Translations under genes and position numbers: made by a program
Notes under the pieces: generated by a model
Seen by the model: the letters and a program-made list of their open reading frames with translations, nothing else
Database searches by the model: none
What the model was told of the DNA's origin: nothing
Shown here: in pieces, positions 27,485 to 37,606 of the stretch
How the letters are laid out: each line of letters opens with the position of its first letter
Position numbering within the stretch: the stretch's first letter is position 1
DNA from: a virus
Taxonomy: Duplodnaviria > Caudoviricetes
DNA: 64,000 nt
Virus record (IMG/VR): IMGVR_UViG_3300006467_000454
Coordinates: 1-64,000 of that record
Reading direction: 5' to 3' (one strand)

Positions 27485-28963
27485 ATGGATAACGATTTAT
27501 TACAAGCTCTATATGGGCAAAATGATAGTGGTGCTGGCCAGGATATTTTGAAGGCAATTATTGCTGGTAATCAAACTGGTACACAATTGTTAGATCAATT
27601 GAGCTCTGGTCCTTCATTGAAGCCAGAATCACTTGATCCTTTGGTGAAAGTTCTACAAAATAGACTTTCCGATCTTGTAACTTGGAATATGATTCCAAAG
27701 CATACGATTTACGAAACTGTTCACCAGTACAACCAATTGGTTAGTTATGGTGATAACGTGGGTATCTTTATGCAAGAAGGTGCAAGCCCTCAGTCAAATG
27801 ATACTTCTTACAGACGTAAGTCTGCGTTGATCAGATACTCAGGTATCATTGGGGAATTGACTCACCAAGCTATGCTTGTGAAGAATGCTGATGGGATTGA
27901 CCCTTACACCCGTGAGGTTGAATCAAAAGTGATTTGGTTGTTAACTGAGATTAACAAGGCGATTTCTACTTCTAATAATGATACTGATAGTTTGGCGTTT
28001 AATGGTGTGTTTAAACAGCATTATGATGGTGTTTTAGAAGCCAACGGTGGTTCTACACTTGATGATTACGCTAACGATTCAGTTGTTATTGATGCACGTG
28101 GTAAAGCTTTAAGCGATGATTTAATTGAAGATGCAACTCACGCAGTTGTTAATGATCGTTTTGGTAGAGTTTCTACTATTCTTTCAAATCCTCAAGTATT
28201 CAGTAATTATGTGAAAAGATTCCACGAATCTAAGAGAATTTTCGTAGGGCAGCCAGGAGCCGTTTCCGGAGCTACTATGGGTCAAAGTGTAAATACTACA
28301 CAAACTCAGTATGGGGCTGTTAATTTGAAGCACGATATCTTCTTCGATAGACGTGGTACAAAACGTTCAAATTCTGCTGTTGAGGGGCAAAATGCACCAG
28401 CAAGTCCTACTATTGACGGAACTACCCCTATCGCAGTTGTGACGGATACAAGCACTAAGTTTGGTGATGGTGCTGGTTCTTACTTCTACGGTGTTGTAGC
28501 TAAGAATTCAACTGGGCAATCAGCGTTTGTTTCTTTCAATACTACTGCCCAAGCTGTTACAGCAACTCAAGCAGTTGATTTGAAATTTACTATCACTGAT
28601 AACTCTAACCCAGCGACTGGATTTATTATCTACAGAACTGAGGCGGATGTTACTGATAGGACTTCTGCAACTTTCTATCCTATTATGGAAGTTTCCATTG
28701 CGGAACGTACTGCTGGTTATGACGGTGCTGCTGCTGGTGCGGTTAGAGATCGTAACAGAACTTTGCCAAATACTCATTCAGCATTTGTGTTTGAACCTGA
28801 AAATCAAATTTGGGAATACATCCAATTATCAAATGCTTCTAAGGTTGAATTCGCTATTACAACTCTTTCTAAGAGATTTGCGATTATCAATTATGGTACT
28901 CCATTATTGTATCAACCAGGAAAAATTGCGAGAATAATTAACCTTGGGGAGAGTTTAACTTAA
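27485..28963 (+). CDS. major capsid protein (Herelleviridae-like)
   Basis: ILKA, LKPESLD, VHQYN, AFNG..K, VIDARGK.LS, Y.Y.VVA.N..GQS insertion, YGTPLLYQP.K. Confidence 0.88.
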   Translation: MDNDLLQALYGQNDSGAGQDILKAIIAGNQTGTQLLDQLSSGPSLKPESLDPLVKVLQNRLSDLVTWNMIPKHTIYETVHQYNQLVSYGDNVGIFMQEGASPQSNDTSYRRKSALIRYSGIIGELTHQAMLVKNADGIDPYTREVESKVIWLLTEINKAISTSNNDTDSLAFNGVFKQHYDGVLEANGGSTLDDYANDSVVIDARGKALSDDLIEDATHAVVNDRFGRVSTILSNPQVFSNYVKRFHESKRIFVGQPGAVSGATMGQSVNTTQTQYGAVNLKHDIFFDRRGTKRSNSAVEGQNAPASPTIDGTTPIAVVTDTSTKFGDGAGSYFYGVVAKNSTGQSAFVSFNTTAQAVTATQAVDLKFTITDNSNPATGFIIYRTEADVTDRTSATFYPIMEVSIAERTAGYDGAAAGAVRDRNRTLPNTHSAFVFEPENQIWEYIQLSNASKVEFAITTLSKRFAIINYGTPLLYQPGKIARIINLGESLT

Positions 28964-28986
28964 ACCAAGATTGTTTAAATAACCTA

Positions 28987-29016
28987 AAAAGGGGGAGGTC
29001 AATCCTCCCCCTTTTT
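28987..29016 (+). terminator. rho-independent terminator after MCP
   Basis: AAAAGGGGGAGG-tcaat-CCTCCCCCTTTTTT. Confidence 0.85.
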
Positions 29017-29034
29017 TATAAATAGTAATTTATT

Positions 29035-29676
29035 ATGGTAACTTTGCAAACAGTAAATAAAAAATGGTTCGGAAAATCTATCACTTTTGTGGATGGGATT
29101 ACCTTAGATTTCAATGGCTTAGGATTAGCAGAAGTTGAAGATGAATCTGTAGATAAATTATTGGAAGTCTACGAAGGGATGCTTTTCAATGAAGGGGAAG
29201 TTCCGGAAGTGGGGGTCACTGAAGAAGAAAAACATAAAGTTGATGGGAAAAATATTTCTCAGCTGAAAGATGTGATCGAAGACCTAAAGGGGGATAACGA
29301 AGACCTCCAGAAGCAATTGAATTCTAAGGATTCAATCATTAAGGATTACAAAGCTGACCTTGCTACATCCAAAGAGGAATCCGCAAATTGGAAAGCTGAG
29401 TTCGAAAAGGCTAACGACAATACAAAATTGGTTGCTGCCCTTGAGGAGAATACAAAGTTAAAAGCGAAGAACTCTGAATTGGAGCAATCTAATAAAGAAT
29501 TGACTGATAAGTACGAATCTGCTAAATACGAAAGTGAATTACTCCGTTTATCTAAAAACGATGTGAAGAAACTTTGCGTTGAATTAGGGTGTACAGAAGA
29601 GGAGATGAAGGGTGATGATGATAAATACCTGACTGCTGATAAACTTGTTGATTTAATTATTGAAAAAAGTAAGTAA
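29035..29676 (+). CDS. hypothetical coiled-coil protein
   Basis: ORF following the MCP. Confidence 0.65.
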   Translation: MVTLQTVNKKWFGKSITFVDGITLDFNGLGLAEVEDESVDKLLEVYEGMLFNEGEVPEVGVTEEEKHKVDGKNISQLKDVIEDLKGDNEDLQKQLNSKDSIIKDYKADLATSKEESANWKAEFEKANDNTKLVAALEENTKLKAKNSELEQSNKELTDKYESAKYESELLRLSKNDVKKLCVELGCTEEEMKGDDDKYLTADKLVDLIIEKSK

Positions 29677-30467
29677 TGCCAACAATCCAATATAGTGTGA
29701 AAATAAGGAAGAATGAAGGGTTAATTATTTCTCCGGAAGAATTACTCTCCATTTATTTGCATGGAGTTAGAATCCAAAGTAATGATGGCACAGAATTAAG
29801 TGATGAAGATATAAGGTTCTATATTCAATCTGCCCAAACCGAAGTTGAAAATTATTTTGATATTAGGTTTGAACAGAAATTCATCAACGAAACTGTGACT
29901 TTCTTCCATGATGATTATTACAATCGTTTCCCTATTTTGAGATTGAAATTACCTATCCGGAAAGGTTTATCACTTTTCGCATTTTTGAATGGTGTCGAAC
30001 AAATAAAATATCCTATCACTTGGTTGAATACACATAAGGATTCAGAAGAATTCTTCTACAAGACTTTGAGTATTGTTCCCACTGGGAGTGTAGCTTCTAG
30101 AACAAGTGCGGATATTTTGTTAACTGGTATTACAGCCTTTTTAGGGTTGACATCTTATAGAGAAATCCCCGAGTATTTTGATATCCAATATTTGACTGGG
30201 TTTGAGAATGTCCCTTTGGATTTATTAAACGTTGTCGGGAAGCTTGCTTCAATTGGATTATTAAATATTGCTGGGGATTTAATATTAGGTGCTGGAATCG
30301 CTGCTACTGGGTTAAGCATTGATGGGTTAAGTCAGAATATTAGCACTACAAGTTCAGCAACAAATTCAGGGTACGGTGCTAGAATAGTGCAGTACAATAA
30401 AGAGATTGTTGAATCTGTGAAGAGATTAAAGAGGGTTTACAAAGGGATTAATTTAGCGTCTTTATAA
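29676..30467 (+). CDS. head-tail adaptor/head completion protein
   Basis: YI.SAQ.EVE, Y.TGF..VP.DL, GAGIA...LSIDGLSQ...TT.SA..SGYGARI; synteny. Confidence 0.75.
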   Translation: MPTIQYSVKIRKNEGLIISPEELLSIYLHGVRIQSNDGTELSDEDIRFYIQSAQTEVENYFDIRFEQKFINETVTFFHDDYYNRFPILRLKLPIRKGLSLFAFLNGVEQIKYPITWLNTHKDSEEFFYKTLSIVPTGSVASRTSADILLTGITAFLGLTSYREIPEYFDIQYLTGFENVPLDLLNVVGKLASIGLLNIAGDLILGAGIAATGLSIDGLSQNISTTSSATNSGYGARIVQYNKEIVESVKRLKRVYKGINLASL

Positions 30468-30468
30468 A

Positions 30469-31245
30469 ATGCCAGATAGAAAGAATATTGTACAGAATGC
30501 GTCTCCGAGCTTAATACATAAGCCAAATGTCCAGTTCATAAAAAGTGATTTTGATGCTTTTATCGAACAACATGGATATGATGTGATTTGGGAAAAATCA
30601 GTTCGGTGTCCTTGTAAAACAAAAACAGGGAGCCATCGTGCAGGATGCCAAAATTGCTTGGGGTACGGGTGGTTGTACATAAACGCTGTCCAGACTAAAA
30701 TGTTGATTCAGAATATGAATACTGAAACGAAATATAAGTCTTGGTCAGAGGAAAAAATGGGGATGTGTAGTATTTCCGCTTTCAGTGAAAATCAGCTGTC
30801 AATTTATGACCGAATTACCTTAATGAATGATACTTCAATATTATCAGAATTGAGGGATATTAGGGAATCTTCTGGGGGAATTTTATTTGTTTTCCCTAGT
30901 TATCGCCCTGTATCAATCTTTGAGATATATCGTTTTGTGGATGTTAACCAACAACTTGTTAGGATTCCAGAAGCTGAATACACTTTATCTAATTTTACTA
31001 TTAGATTTACTGCTAATTCGGGGGTAACAAAAGGGAGTATTGTATCAATTAGGTACAGGTACCAAACCCAATACCATATAACAGATATCCCTAAAGAAGT
31101 CAGGGGTGGTAATATGGTGAACACAAAAGGTCAAACCGAAAGGGAGAAATACCCTGTACATGCTACTGCGACTAGAGCCCATGAGTCTTTAGATTACCCT
31201 GATTTTTCGGAGGTGAATGTTTTTGATAATAGTTACATAGAATGA
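30469..31245 (+). CDS. head closure/neck protein
   Basis: FI..HG..V.WEKS..CPC...C.NC.G.GW.Y; synteny. Confidence 0.7.
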   Translation: MPDRKNIVQNASPSLIHKPNVQFIKSDFDAFIEQHGYDVIWEKSVRCPCKTKTGSHRAGCQNCLGYGWLYINAVQTKMLIQNMNTETKYKSWSEEKMGMCSISAFSENQLSIYDRITLMNDTSILSELRDIRESSGGILFVFPSYRPVSIFEIYRFVDVNQQLVRIPEAEYTLSNFTIRFTANSGVTKGSIVSIRYRYQTQYHITDIPKEVRGGNMVNTKGQTEREKYPVHATATRAHESLDYPDFSEVNVFDNSYIE

Positions 31246-32012
31246 TCCCACCTATCAATATAGATGTTTCTGAAATTATCGATTCTTTTAGTTTAGATAA
31301 GGAACAAACAGAAGCTTTAATGAAATCTACTTTGAACGCCATAGTAGATGAGTTTATGAGCATCTGGGAATCTAATATCGGTAGGGAGTTGAAAGGTACT
31401 AGGGGGGAATACAAAAGGGCGATATTTGTAGATAGGATTGATGATTTCAATGTTATAGTGGGTTTATCCCCAAGGGCGAGCAAATTAGCTTTGATGCTGG
31501 AAGAAGGGGCTTCCCCTTTTGATATCAAAGAGGGTTTTGCAAAAAGTTCAAAAAGGAAATTCAATAAGGATGGTAAGTGGTTTTTAACTGTGCCGTTCAG
31601 ATTTGCTACTCCTGGGGCATTAGGGGAGAGCTCAGCATTCTCTGGGAGATTACCTAGTGAAGTGCATAAATTGGCAAAAGAAAAGGCTTCTGTAGATCCA
31701 GGAAAAGGATTGACGGGTAAAGAATTGCCAAGGCATTTAAGGGAAAGGAAAAAGAGAAGCCCTATCATTACAGGAACGAAAACTTTCGCAGAATACGAGC
31801 ATAAGAATTCTATTTATGAGGGGGTTGCTAAAAGGACATTTGGTACGGATTCTTCCTATACTTCATTTAGGAGGGTAAGCGAAAATTCAGACGCTGATTC
31901 TTGGATCCATAAAGGCTTCGTCGCTAGGAAATTGATGGAGAAATCTTTGTCACAAATGAGAATACAGGATGTGGTGACAGTTACCACTGATAACTTTTTA
32001 GATAATATTTAA
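31242..32012 (+). CDS. neck/tail completion protein
   Basis: EEGASPFDIK, LTVPFR..TP, Y.SFRRVS.NSD..SWIH.G. Confidence 0.7.
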   Translation: MIPPINIDVSEIIDSFSLDKEQTEALMKSTLNAIVDEFMSIWESNIGRELKGTRGEYKRAIFVDRIDDFNVIVGLSPRASKLALMLEEGASPFDIKEGFAKSSKRKFNKDGKWFLTVPFRFATPGALGESSAFSGRLPSEVHKLAKEKASVDPGKGLTGKELPRHLRERKKRSPIITGTKTFAEYEHKNSIYEGVAKRTFGTDSSYTSFRRVSENSDADSWIHKGFVARKLMEKSLSQMRIQDVVTVTTDNFLDNI

Positions 32013-32013
32013 T

Positions 32014-32679
32014 ATGGCTATTTTAATTCCGGAAATAAGGCTTCAAGCTTTGATAGAAGAATTGTTAGAAAAAATTAGGGTAGATGATCGAACTGCCATT
32101 GATGGTGGAAATGAAAGTGATTCTTTCCTTTTTAGAATTTTAGATGGCAATGAAATTGATGGGATTAGTTTATTGACCCAAGCTAGGGAGATTTTGAATA
32201 AGGGTGATGAGAATAGGCAGAAATTAGAAACCCGTTTAATGTTTGACAGAGATAGGGCTCAATTGCCAACTATCCATATCACGTTACCGTCAGAAGGGAA
32301 AGGGAAAGAAAATGCTATTGGTTTTGGTGCTGATGGTAGAAATTTAATCACAAATTCAGATGGTTCTATTTCCCACCAATATTCTAGATCATTCGGCACA
32401 ACTTATGAATTGGCGATAACATCAAATGACCCTATCCAAGTTGTGATAATTTATAATATAATTAAATCTGGTTTTATTGCCATTGCGGATAGTTTAGAAT
32501 TATCAGGCATGAAAATACCAGATTTCTCTGGGGGGGATGTCTCTATTAATCAGGATTTAGTTCCAAATGTGTATCTTCGGGCGATGAGGATAACTTTGGA
32601 TTATAATTATGATGTCCCAACATTTAGGAAGATTCCTAATATTGATAAAATTAATTTTGATCAAGCAACTACATTATAA
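32014..32679 (+). CDS. putative tail terminator
   Basis: LPTIHITLPSE motif; position before the sheath gene. Confidence 0.55.
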   Translation: MAILIPEIRLQALIEELLEKIRVDDRTAIDGGNESDSFLFRILDGNEIDGISLLTQAREILNKGDENRQKLETRLMFDRDRAQLPTIHITLPSEGKGKENAIGFGADGRNLITNSDGSISHQYSRSFGTTYELAITSNDPIQVVIIYNIIKSGFIAIADSLELSGMKIPDFSGGDVSINQDLVPNVYLRAMRITLDYNYDVPTFRKIPNIDKINFDQATTL

Positions 32680-32680
32680 C

Positions 32681-32845
32681 ATGGCAAGCAACAAGAAGAA
32701 AGAAAAGGTTTTTAACACCAATGAAATCATTGTTAAGATGGGGTTTAACCTTTATTCCAAAGACTTTGTAAATAAGAAATACAAAGACAAATCCCATACA
32801 TTGAAGGAATGGGAAAAAATATTCGTAAAAGAAAGGCTAATTTAG
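32681..32845 (+). CDS. hypothetical protein
   Basis: ATG 32681; small basic ORF. Confidence 0.5.
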   Translation: MASNKKKEKVFNTNEIIVKMGFNLYSKDFVNKKYKDKSHTLKEWEKIFVKERLI

Positions 32846-32897
32846 ATTTTAAATTAATATCTTTATAGCAATTCGGGTTAAAGAATAAAACAATGAA

Positions 32898-34544
32898 ATG
32901 GCACAAGAAATTATTTTTAATGGTCGAAGGATTATTCTTCCTGGATCATACTCCACGATAAAATCAGGTGTTAACAACCCTCCCCAATCTTTAGATTATG
33001 GTAGGATCCTTGTTATCGACACAGGGGTCGGGGCTGGATTTGGAGGCGGTTCTGGTATAAATGGGGCTGTGAATTCAGGGGTTGATGCAGTTTATCAATT
33101 TGAAAATGTATTAGATTATCAAGCTTTCTTGAAAGGTGGTATCCTTTATCAATTGGCAAGACCTTTGTTTAAGCCTAATGGTCAAGACATAGGTGCTAGT
33201 ACTGTTTTCCATGTACGTGCTGCAACGACAACCGCTGCGACTGTTTCATTCGCACCTACTGGGGGTGGTACCAATGGTGGGAATTTCTCAATTAGGGTTA
33301 AAGTGGATGAAGGGGTTATCGCAAATGGTGTTGAAACCAATAGTAAATTAGTTAAGGGTTATGCCTATACTTTTGAAGCAGGTGTTGTAGATCCTACTGC
33401 ATTCAGGCTTAGATTCTGGAGAGGCACATGGACTGGGAACCATACCGATGGTTTGGCGTTTAATGAAGTCCCCCAAGCTGATACAGAACCTGAAGAATTA
33501 TTGATATCAGATGAGTTCACAAATGTAACTGAATTAAATGCATGGATGGATTCTGATCCTTTCTTCAATACTTATTTTGAAAAGGTAACATTTACTCTTA
33601 ATGGGACTGGGGCTATTGATTCTGCTGATTTAACTGCCATTAGTGGCAACCAATTATTTGCTGGTGGGACTGAAACCTATGGAGCAAATGACTTGACTAG
33701 TGTATTCGATGTGATTAGGGAATTAGATTTCTCTTTTATCTTGACAACTGATTCAGGTGCTAATGCCCAAAATTCAAGGAATTCGGCTATATTATCACAT
33801 ATCCAAGATCCTGATACAAAGTTTGAAAAATTCATGGTTGTAGCTGGGGGTGCGGATTCTACAGAATTTGCGGAAGGTGTTACAAATAGCTCGATTGAGA
33901 CAGCTAAATTTTTTAATTCCGATAAAGTTATCGTTGTACATGGGGCACCGTTGACAACTTCTGATAATTCCCCAAGTGGGTTTAGGAATTTTGGGACTAT
34001 CTATAAAGCAGCAGCTGTATTAGGTAGGATCGCAGGTTTGGCTCCTCAAGTTCCTGTAACTTATAAGGCAATTGACATCGGTGGGGAAGCCCATAACCTT
34101 ACTTTAACAGAAAGAAGACAAGCTATCAGGGCAGGTGTTTTAATAACGTATTTTGATAGAGATTTCAGGGAGTTTATCGTAGAACAGGGGATTAATTCTT
34201 TACAGAATAACAATAACCTTATCAATGCGAATGGGACTTCTTATTCTATCCAATTACGAAGAATCACGTCCCAGATAAATAAAGAATTGATACAGAATTC
34301 TAAACTCCAATTGCTTAACCAAGAAAATGGGGTTAATCGTAACACACTTTCAGCGAGAAACGTTGAAGATTGGGTTAAGGGTTATTTACAAAGGATAACT
34401 GCCACAGCTACTGTGGATAACTTGATCTTAAGTTTCCAAGATATAACCGTAACAACTGAAGGCGATGCATATCGTGTTCGCTATGGTATCATTGTCAACC
34501 GTGAGGTTAACAAGTTACTATTTACTGGATTCATCTTAGGATAA
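32898..34544 (+). CDS. tail sheath protein
   Basis: FNGR.I.LPG.YS N-terminus, AA.LG..AGL.P..P.TYK, IVEQGINSL. Confidence 0.88.
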   Translation: MAQEIIFNGRRIILPGSYSTIKSGVNNPPQSLDYGRILVIDTGVGAGFGGGSGINGAVNSGVDAVYQFENVLDYQAFLKGGILYQLARPLFKPNGQDIGASTVFHVRAATTTAATVSFAPTGGGTNGGNFSIRVKVDEGVIANGVETNSKLVKGYAYTFEAGVVDPTAFRLRFWRGTWTGNHTDGLAFNEVPQADTEPEELLISDEFTNVTELNAWMDSDPFFNTYFEKVTFTLNGTGAIDSADLTAISGNQLFAGGTETYGANDLTSVFDVIRELDFSFILTTDSGANAQNSRNSAILSHIQDPDTKFEKFMVVAGGADSTEFAEGVTNSSIETAKFFNSDKVIVVHGAPLTTSDNSPSGFRNFGTIYKAAAVLGRIAGLAPQVPVTYKAIDIGGEAHNLTLTERRQAIRAGVLITYFDRDFREFIVEQGINSLQNNNNLINANGTSYSIQLRRITSQINKELIQNSKLQLLNQENGVNRNTLSARNVEDWVKGYLQRITATATVDNLILSFQDITVTTEGDAYRVRYGIIVNREVNKLLFTGFILG

Positions 34545-34550
34545 TAGAAA

Positions 34551-35030
34551 ATGAATGAAAGTGTAATGACTGCCGTAAGGGCAATTATCAAAGTGAATGG
34601 GGTTGCAATAGGGATATTCAGATCTATTCGTACGACTGAAAATATACAGCGTGGCGATGTTAGGGGAGTCGGGAATTTTACTTCTCAAGAACTTCCAGCA
34701 TTAGGTGTTACTTGTACTTTCAATGCGGATATGTATATGATTGACCTTCGTAATTCTACAATCCCAGGACTTGATCCTAGAAATGTAAGTTCTATTGAGA
34801 CTTATGCTAATTCCCTTTTGTTTGGTGGGCGTCCTGTAGATTTATATATCTACAAGAAAGAAGCTGTTGTTCAACAGGGACAGGCAATTGTTGATGAAGT
34901 GACAGAAGGTGAATTTGCTGTCATTAGAGATTTACATTTGGAATCAAGTGGGTTTGACATCACAGAAGGACAAATAACAGGTAGAAATATGTCAGGGCGT
35001 TATTTAACTCCGATTATTTTACCAGCTTAA
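34551..35030 (+). CDS. tail tube protein
   Basis: 159 aa, follows the sheath gene; AIIKVNG..IG, V.GVG....QE.P, G.YL.P. Confidence 0.8.
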   Translation: MNESVMTAVRAIIKVNGVAIGIFRSIRTTENIQRGDVRGVGNFTSQELPALGVTCTFNADMYMIDLRNSTIPGLDPRNVSSIETYANSLLFGGRPVDLYIYKKEAVVQQGQAIVDEVTEGEFAVIRDLHLESSGFDITEGQITGRNMSGRYLTPIILPA

Positions 35031-35043
35031 TAAAAATTGAAAA

Positions 35044-35388
35044 ATGGAAAATCTACAAGAGAAGATTGATTTAGTAATCAAGGGGAAGAAGTATGAAGTT
35101 ACTTTCCCTAATGTTGGACAGCTTAGAAAAATAGCTTCGAACAAAGCCCTTTTATCCAATGGTATGTATCGTTCAATCTATACAATGGCAACGGAGGAAG
35201 GCGACCAAGCTTTAAAAGTAATTGATGTTGAAGCTATTTTTTCAGTATTAATCCCTGACCTTATCACGGAATTAAAGCCAGGATCAATAGGTGATTTGGG
35301 GTTGAAAGATTTTAAAGAAATTGAAAAGGTGTATGATGAACAATTCACACCTTGGTTTGACGCATGGATGAAAGTTCTTAAATCTTAA
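35044..35388 (+). CDS. tail assembly chaperone
   Basis: Small acidic ORF between the tube and tape measure genes. Confidence 0.6.
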   Translation: MENLQEKIDLVIKGKKYEVTFPNVGQLRKIASNKALLSNGMYRSIYTMATEEGDQALKVIDVEAIFSVLIPDLITELKPGSIGDLGLKDFKEIEKVYDEQFTPWFDAWMKVLKS

Positions 35389-35389
35389 T

Positions 35390-35797
35390 ATGCTTTTAAA
35401 TTCTTTGAAGAAGGTGATCTCCTCCATTTTTAAAAAAAGGGTTGCGGAGGTTGCCTTCTCCCATAAAGTGGAGGTATCTGTTGAAGATATCAAAACCGCA
35501 ATTGAGGAATGGAATTTAAATTTCCCAATTGATAGGTGGTGGAGGAGAAAACACAGTATCCCATTTGGGTCGAAATTACATAATGAGGCTTCTTTGATTG
35601 ATATGTGGTTTGAATTCCAAGAAGATCTCCTTTATATTGAAGTTGAAAGTTCAAAGGGATATACACCGAATAAGGGGGAATTTTTAAAAGAATCATCTAA
35701 ATCAAGGGAAATAACAGAAGAAGAAAAATATCAAAACTTCTTGAAAGAAGCTAAAGAAATCGATTTATCACAATTTGATGATATAAAAAATGGCTGA
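35390..35797 (+). CDS. second tail assembly chaperone-like protein
   Basis: Position; WWRRKHSIP motif. Confidence 0.55.
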   Translation: MLLNSLKKVISSIFKKRVAEVAFSHKVEVSVEDIKTAIEEWNLNFPIDRWWRRKHSIPFGSKLHNEASLIDMWFEFQEDLLYIEVESSKGYTPNKGEFLKESSKSREITEEEKYQNFLKEAKEIDLSQFDDIKNG

Positions 35798-37598
35798 CGA
35801 AAAAAGGTTAAAATTTAGTGTTGAAGGTGGGAATGAAGTCGACAGTTTCATGTCTAGGCTTAAAGGTTCCGCAGATTCTTTAGCAAGAGATTTGATTGCA
35901 TCTTCTAGGAGGTATTCCACAAGTGGGAAAGAAGTCCTTAAAGATATAGAAGATCAAATAAAGGCTATTGAGAGGAGGAACAAATTAGACGCTGATTTTG
36001 AAAGGAAGCATGTAAGGGTTGGGGTAGCAGCTGGGCTTATAGATCCGGAGGAAGGCAAAAGGAGATTAGAAGGGATTTCTATTGGGGCGAGTGAGGATAA
36101 ATTGCAAACCCAACTTTTACGAGAGTTAATTGAAGTAACCAAGCAGACTGCCCGTGAAGAAATTAGGGAAGACAGGAAAGATGTTGAGAAACAAATATTA
36201 GCGGATAAAAGTTTAGATGATTTAGGTATTTCAGGGGATGAATTTGAAGCTTTAAAGAAAACCATCCAACGCCAAGAGATAGGTGATGTAACCGAAGAAG
36301 AAGCTGCCGAGAGAAGTAGGTTCGCAAGAGTAGGGCGTAGCGCACAGGGTGCCATTAATGCTGTTAGTGGGGCACAGAACGAATTTGCTGCCATTGCTGC
36401 TTTATTTGCTACAATTCCATTTATTGGGCAAGCCTTATCAGGAATTGCCTCTAAAGGATTAAATCTGGGGTCTAAATATGATACTGCTATTGGGACAAAT
36501 ATTGGATTAGTCGGGGGTGCATTTGGTGACTTCCGTGGATTTGGCTCAGATTTAGGTGGTTCAATAGGATATAATGTTGTAGATGTTGAGAATGCTAGGG
36601 CTGCAGCTATCAGGTCTAGATTAAGTGCAGCAGGATCAGGTGAAGCCACGAGGGATATTTTATCTTTACAACGGGGGTTATCTTTAGATCAAGGATTATT
36701 ATTACAAACAGAAAGGCTTCAGAGAAGTGAAACAGGGGGTGGCACAACAAAACAAATAGTACAAGGATTGATTGGTTCCCTACGTTCAACAGGGGTGAGC
36801 ACAGGGGATGATTTATCTGCTGTTTCTGAATACCTTCAAATCCTTACTGAATTGGGGCAGGAACAAGTCATGAGGCTTGGTAGGGTGGATTCTGGAATTA
36901 ATACTAAGATGATTGCTGCCATTGCAAATTTAGATGAAACCTTTCAGAATCCAGATGTATTAAAAGGTGTACTTTCATCAGTCCAAGCAGGTCTGATGCA
37001 AGCTAGGACACCACAGGTTGAAGCTTTACAATTTGCGGCTTTATCTAGATTACGACCAAATGCTAATTTATTTGATTTGGAATTAATTAGGGAAGCACCA
37101 TTTGCGGAGGGGAACACTGAATATTTGAGTGAATTCTTAAAAACACTTAGGGGCACTTCTGGGACGGATGAGAACTTCTTTAGGAATATTCGTTCAACTT
37201 TGAATTTACCTAGCTTAAATCTCGCCCAAACGTTTGGTAGAGCCTTTATTGAAGGAGGTGGGGCACTTACTGATGAGCAATTGGCTCAATTTAGGTCAGG
37301 GCAAGGAGTAGATATCCAAGGGAGGGCTGCTTCTGCGACTTCACAATTACAAAGATCTACAGCTAGGCTTGATAATATTTTTGCAGAATCAACAAGCAAA
37401 ATGGTTGAAGAAATGGCAAAATTAATTGATAAGGTTGATGAATGGATTACAGGCTCTGCGGAAAATACTGGAGCTTTACAAGATACAACAGTGGCTAATA
37501 ATAGAGTTGCGGATGCTTTGGAAAAACAAAATCCTTATTTATTCTCTGGACCGATTTCTGCGTTAAGAGGCGGTGTTGCTGGATTCCCTTCTAAATAA
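35790..37598 (+). CDS. tape measure protein
   Basis: A/G/L-rich helical 602-aa ORF after the chaperones. Confidence 0.7.
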   Translation: MADEKRLKFSVEGGNEVDSFMSRLKGSADSLARDLIASSRRYSTSGKEVLKDIEDQIKAIERRNKLDADFERKHVRVGVAAGLIDPEEGKRRLEGISIGASEDKLQTQLLRELIEVTKQTAREEIREDRKDVEKQILADKSLDDLGISGDEFEALKKTIQRQEIGDVTEEEAAERSRFARVGRSAQGAINAVSGAQNEFAAIAALFATIPFIGQALSGIASKGLNLGSKYDTAIGTNIGLVGGAFGDFRGFGSDLGGSIGYNVVDVENARAAAIRSRLSAAGSGEATRDILSLQRGLSLDQGLLLQTERLQRSETGGGTTKQIVQGLIGSLRSTGVSTGDDLSAVSEYLQILTELGQEQVMRLGRVDSGINTKMIAAIANLDETFQNPDVLKGVLSSVQAGLMQARTPQVEALQFAALSRLRPNANLFDLELIREAPFAEGNTEYLSEFLKTLRGTSGTDENFFRNIRSTLNLPSLNLAQTFGRAFIEGGGALTDEQLAQFRSGQGVDIQGRAASATSQLQRSTARLDNIFAESTSKMVEEMAKLIDKVDEWITGSAENTGALQDTTVANNRVADALEKQNPYLFSGPISALRGGVAGFPSK

Positions 37599-37606
37599 AC
37601 TGAATT

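Noticed and set aside
35370-35400. Programmed frameshift between the tail chaperones
   Set aside because: The second ORF is in the +1 frame but has its own ATG, and I see no convincing slippery site at AAA TCT TAA.
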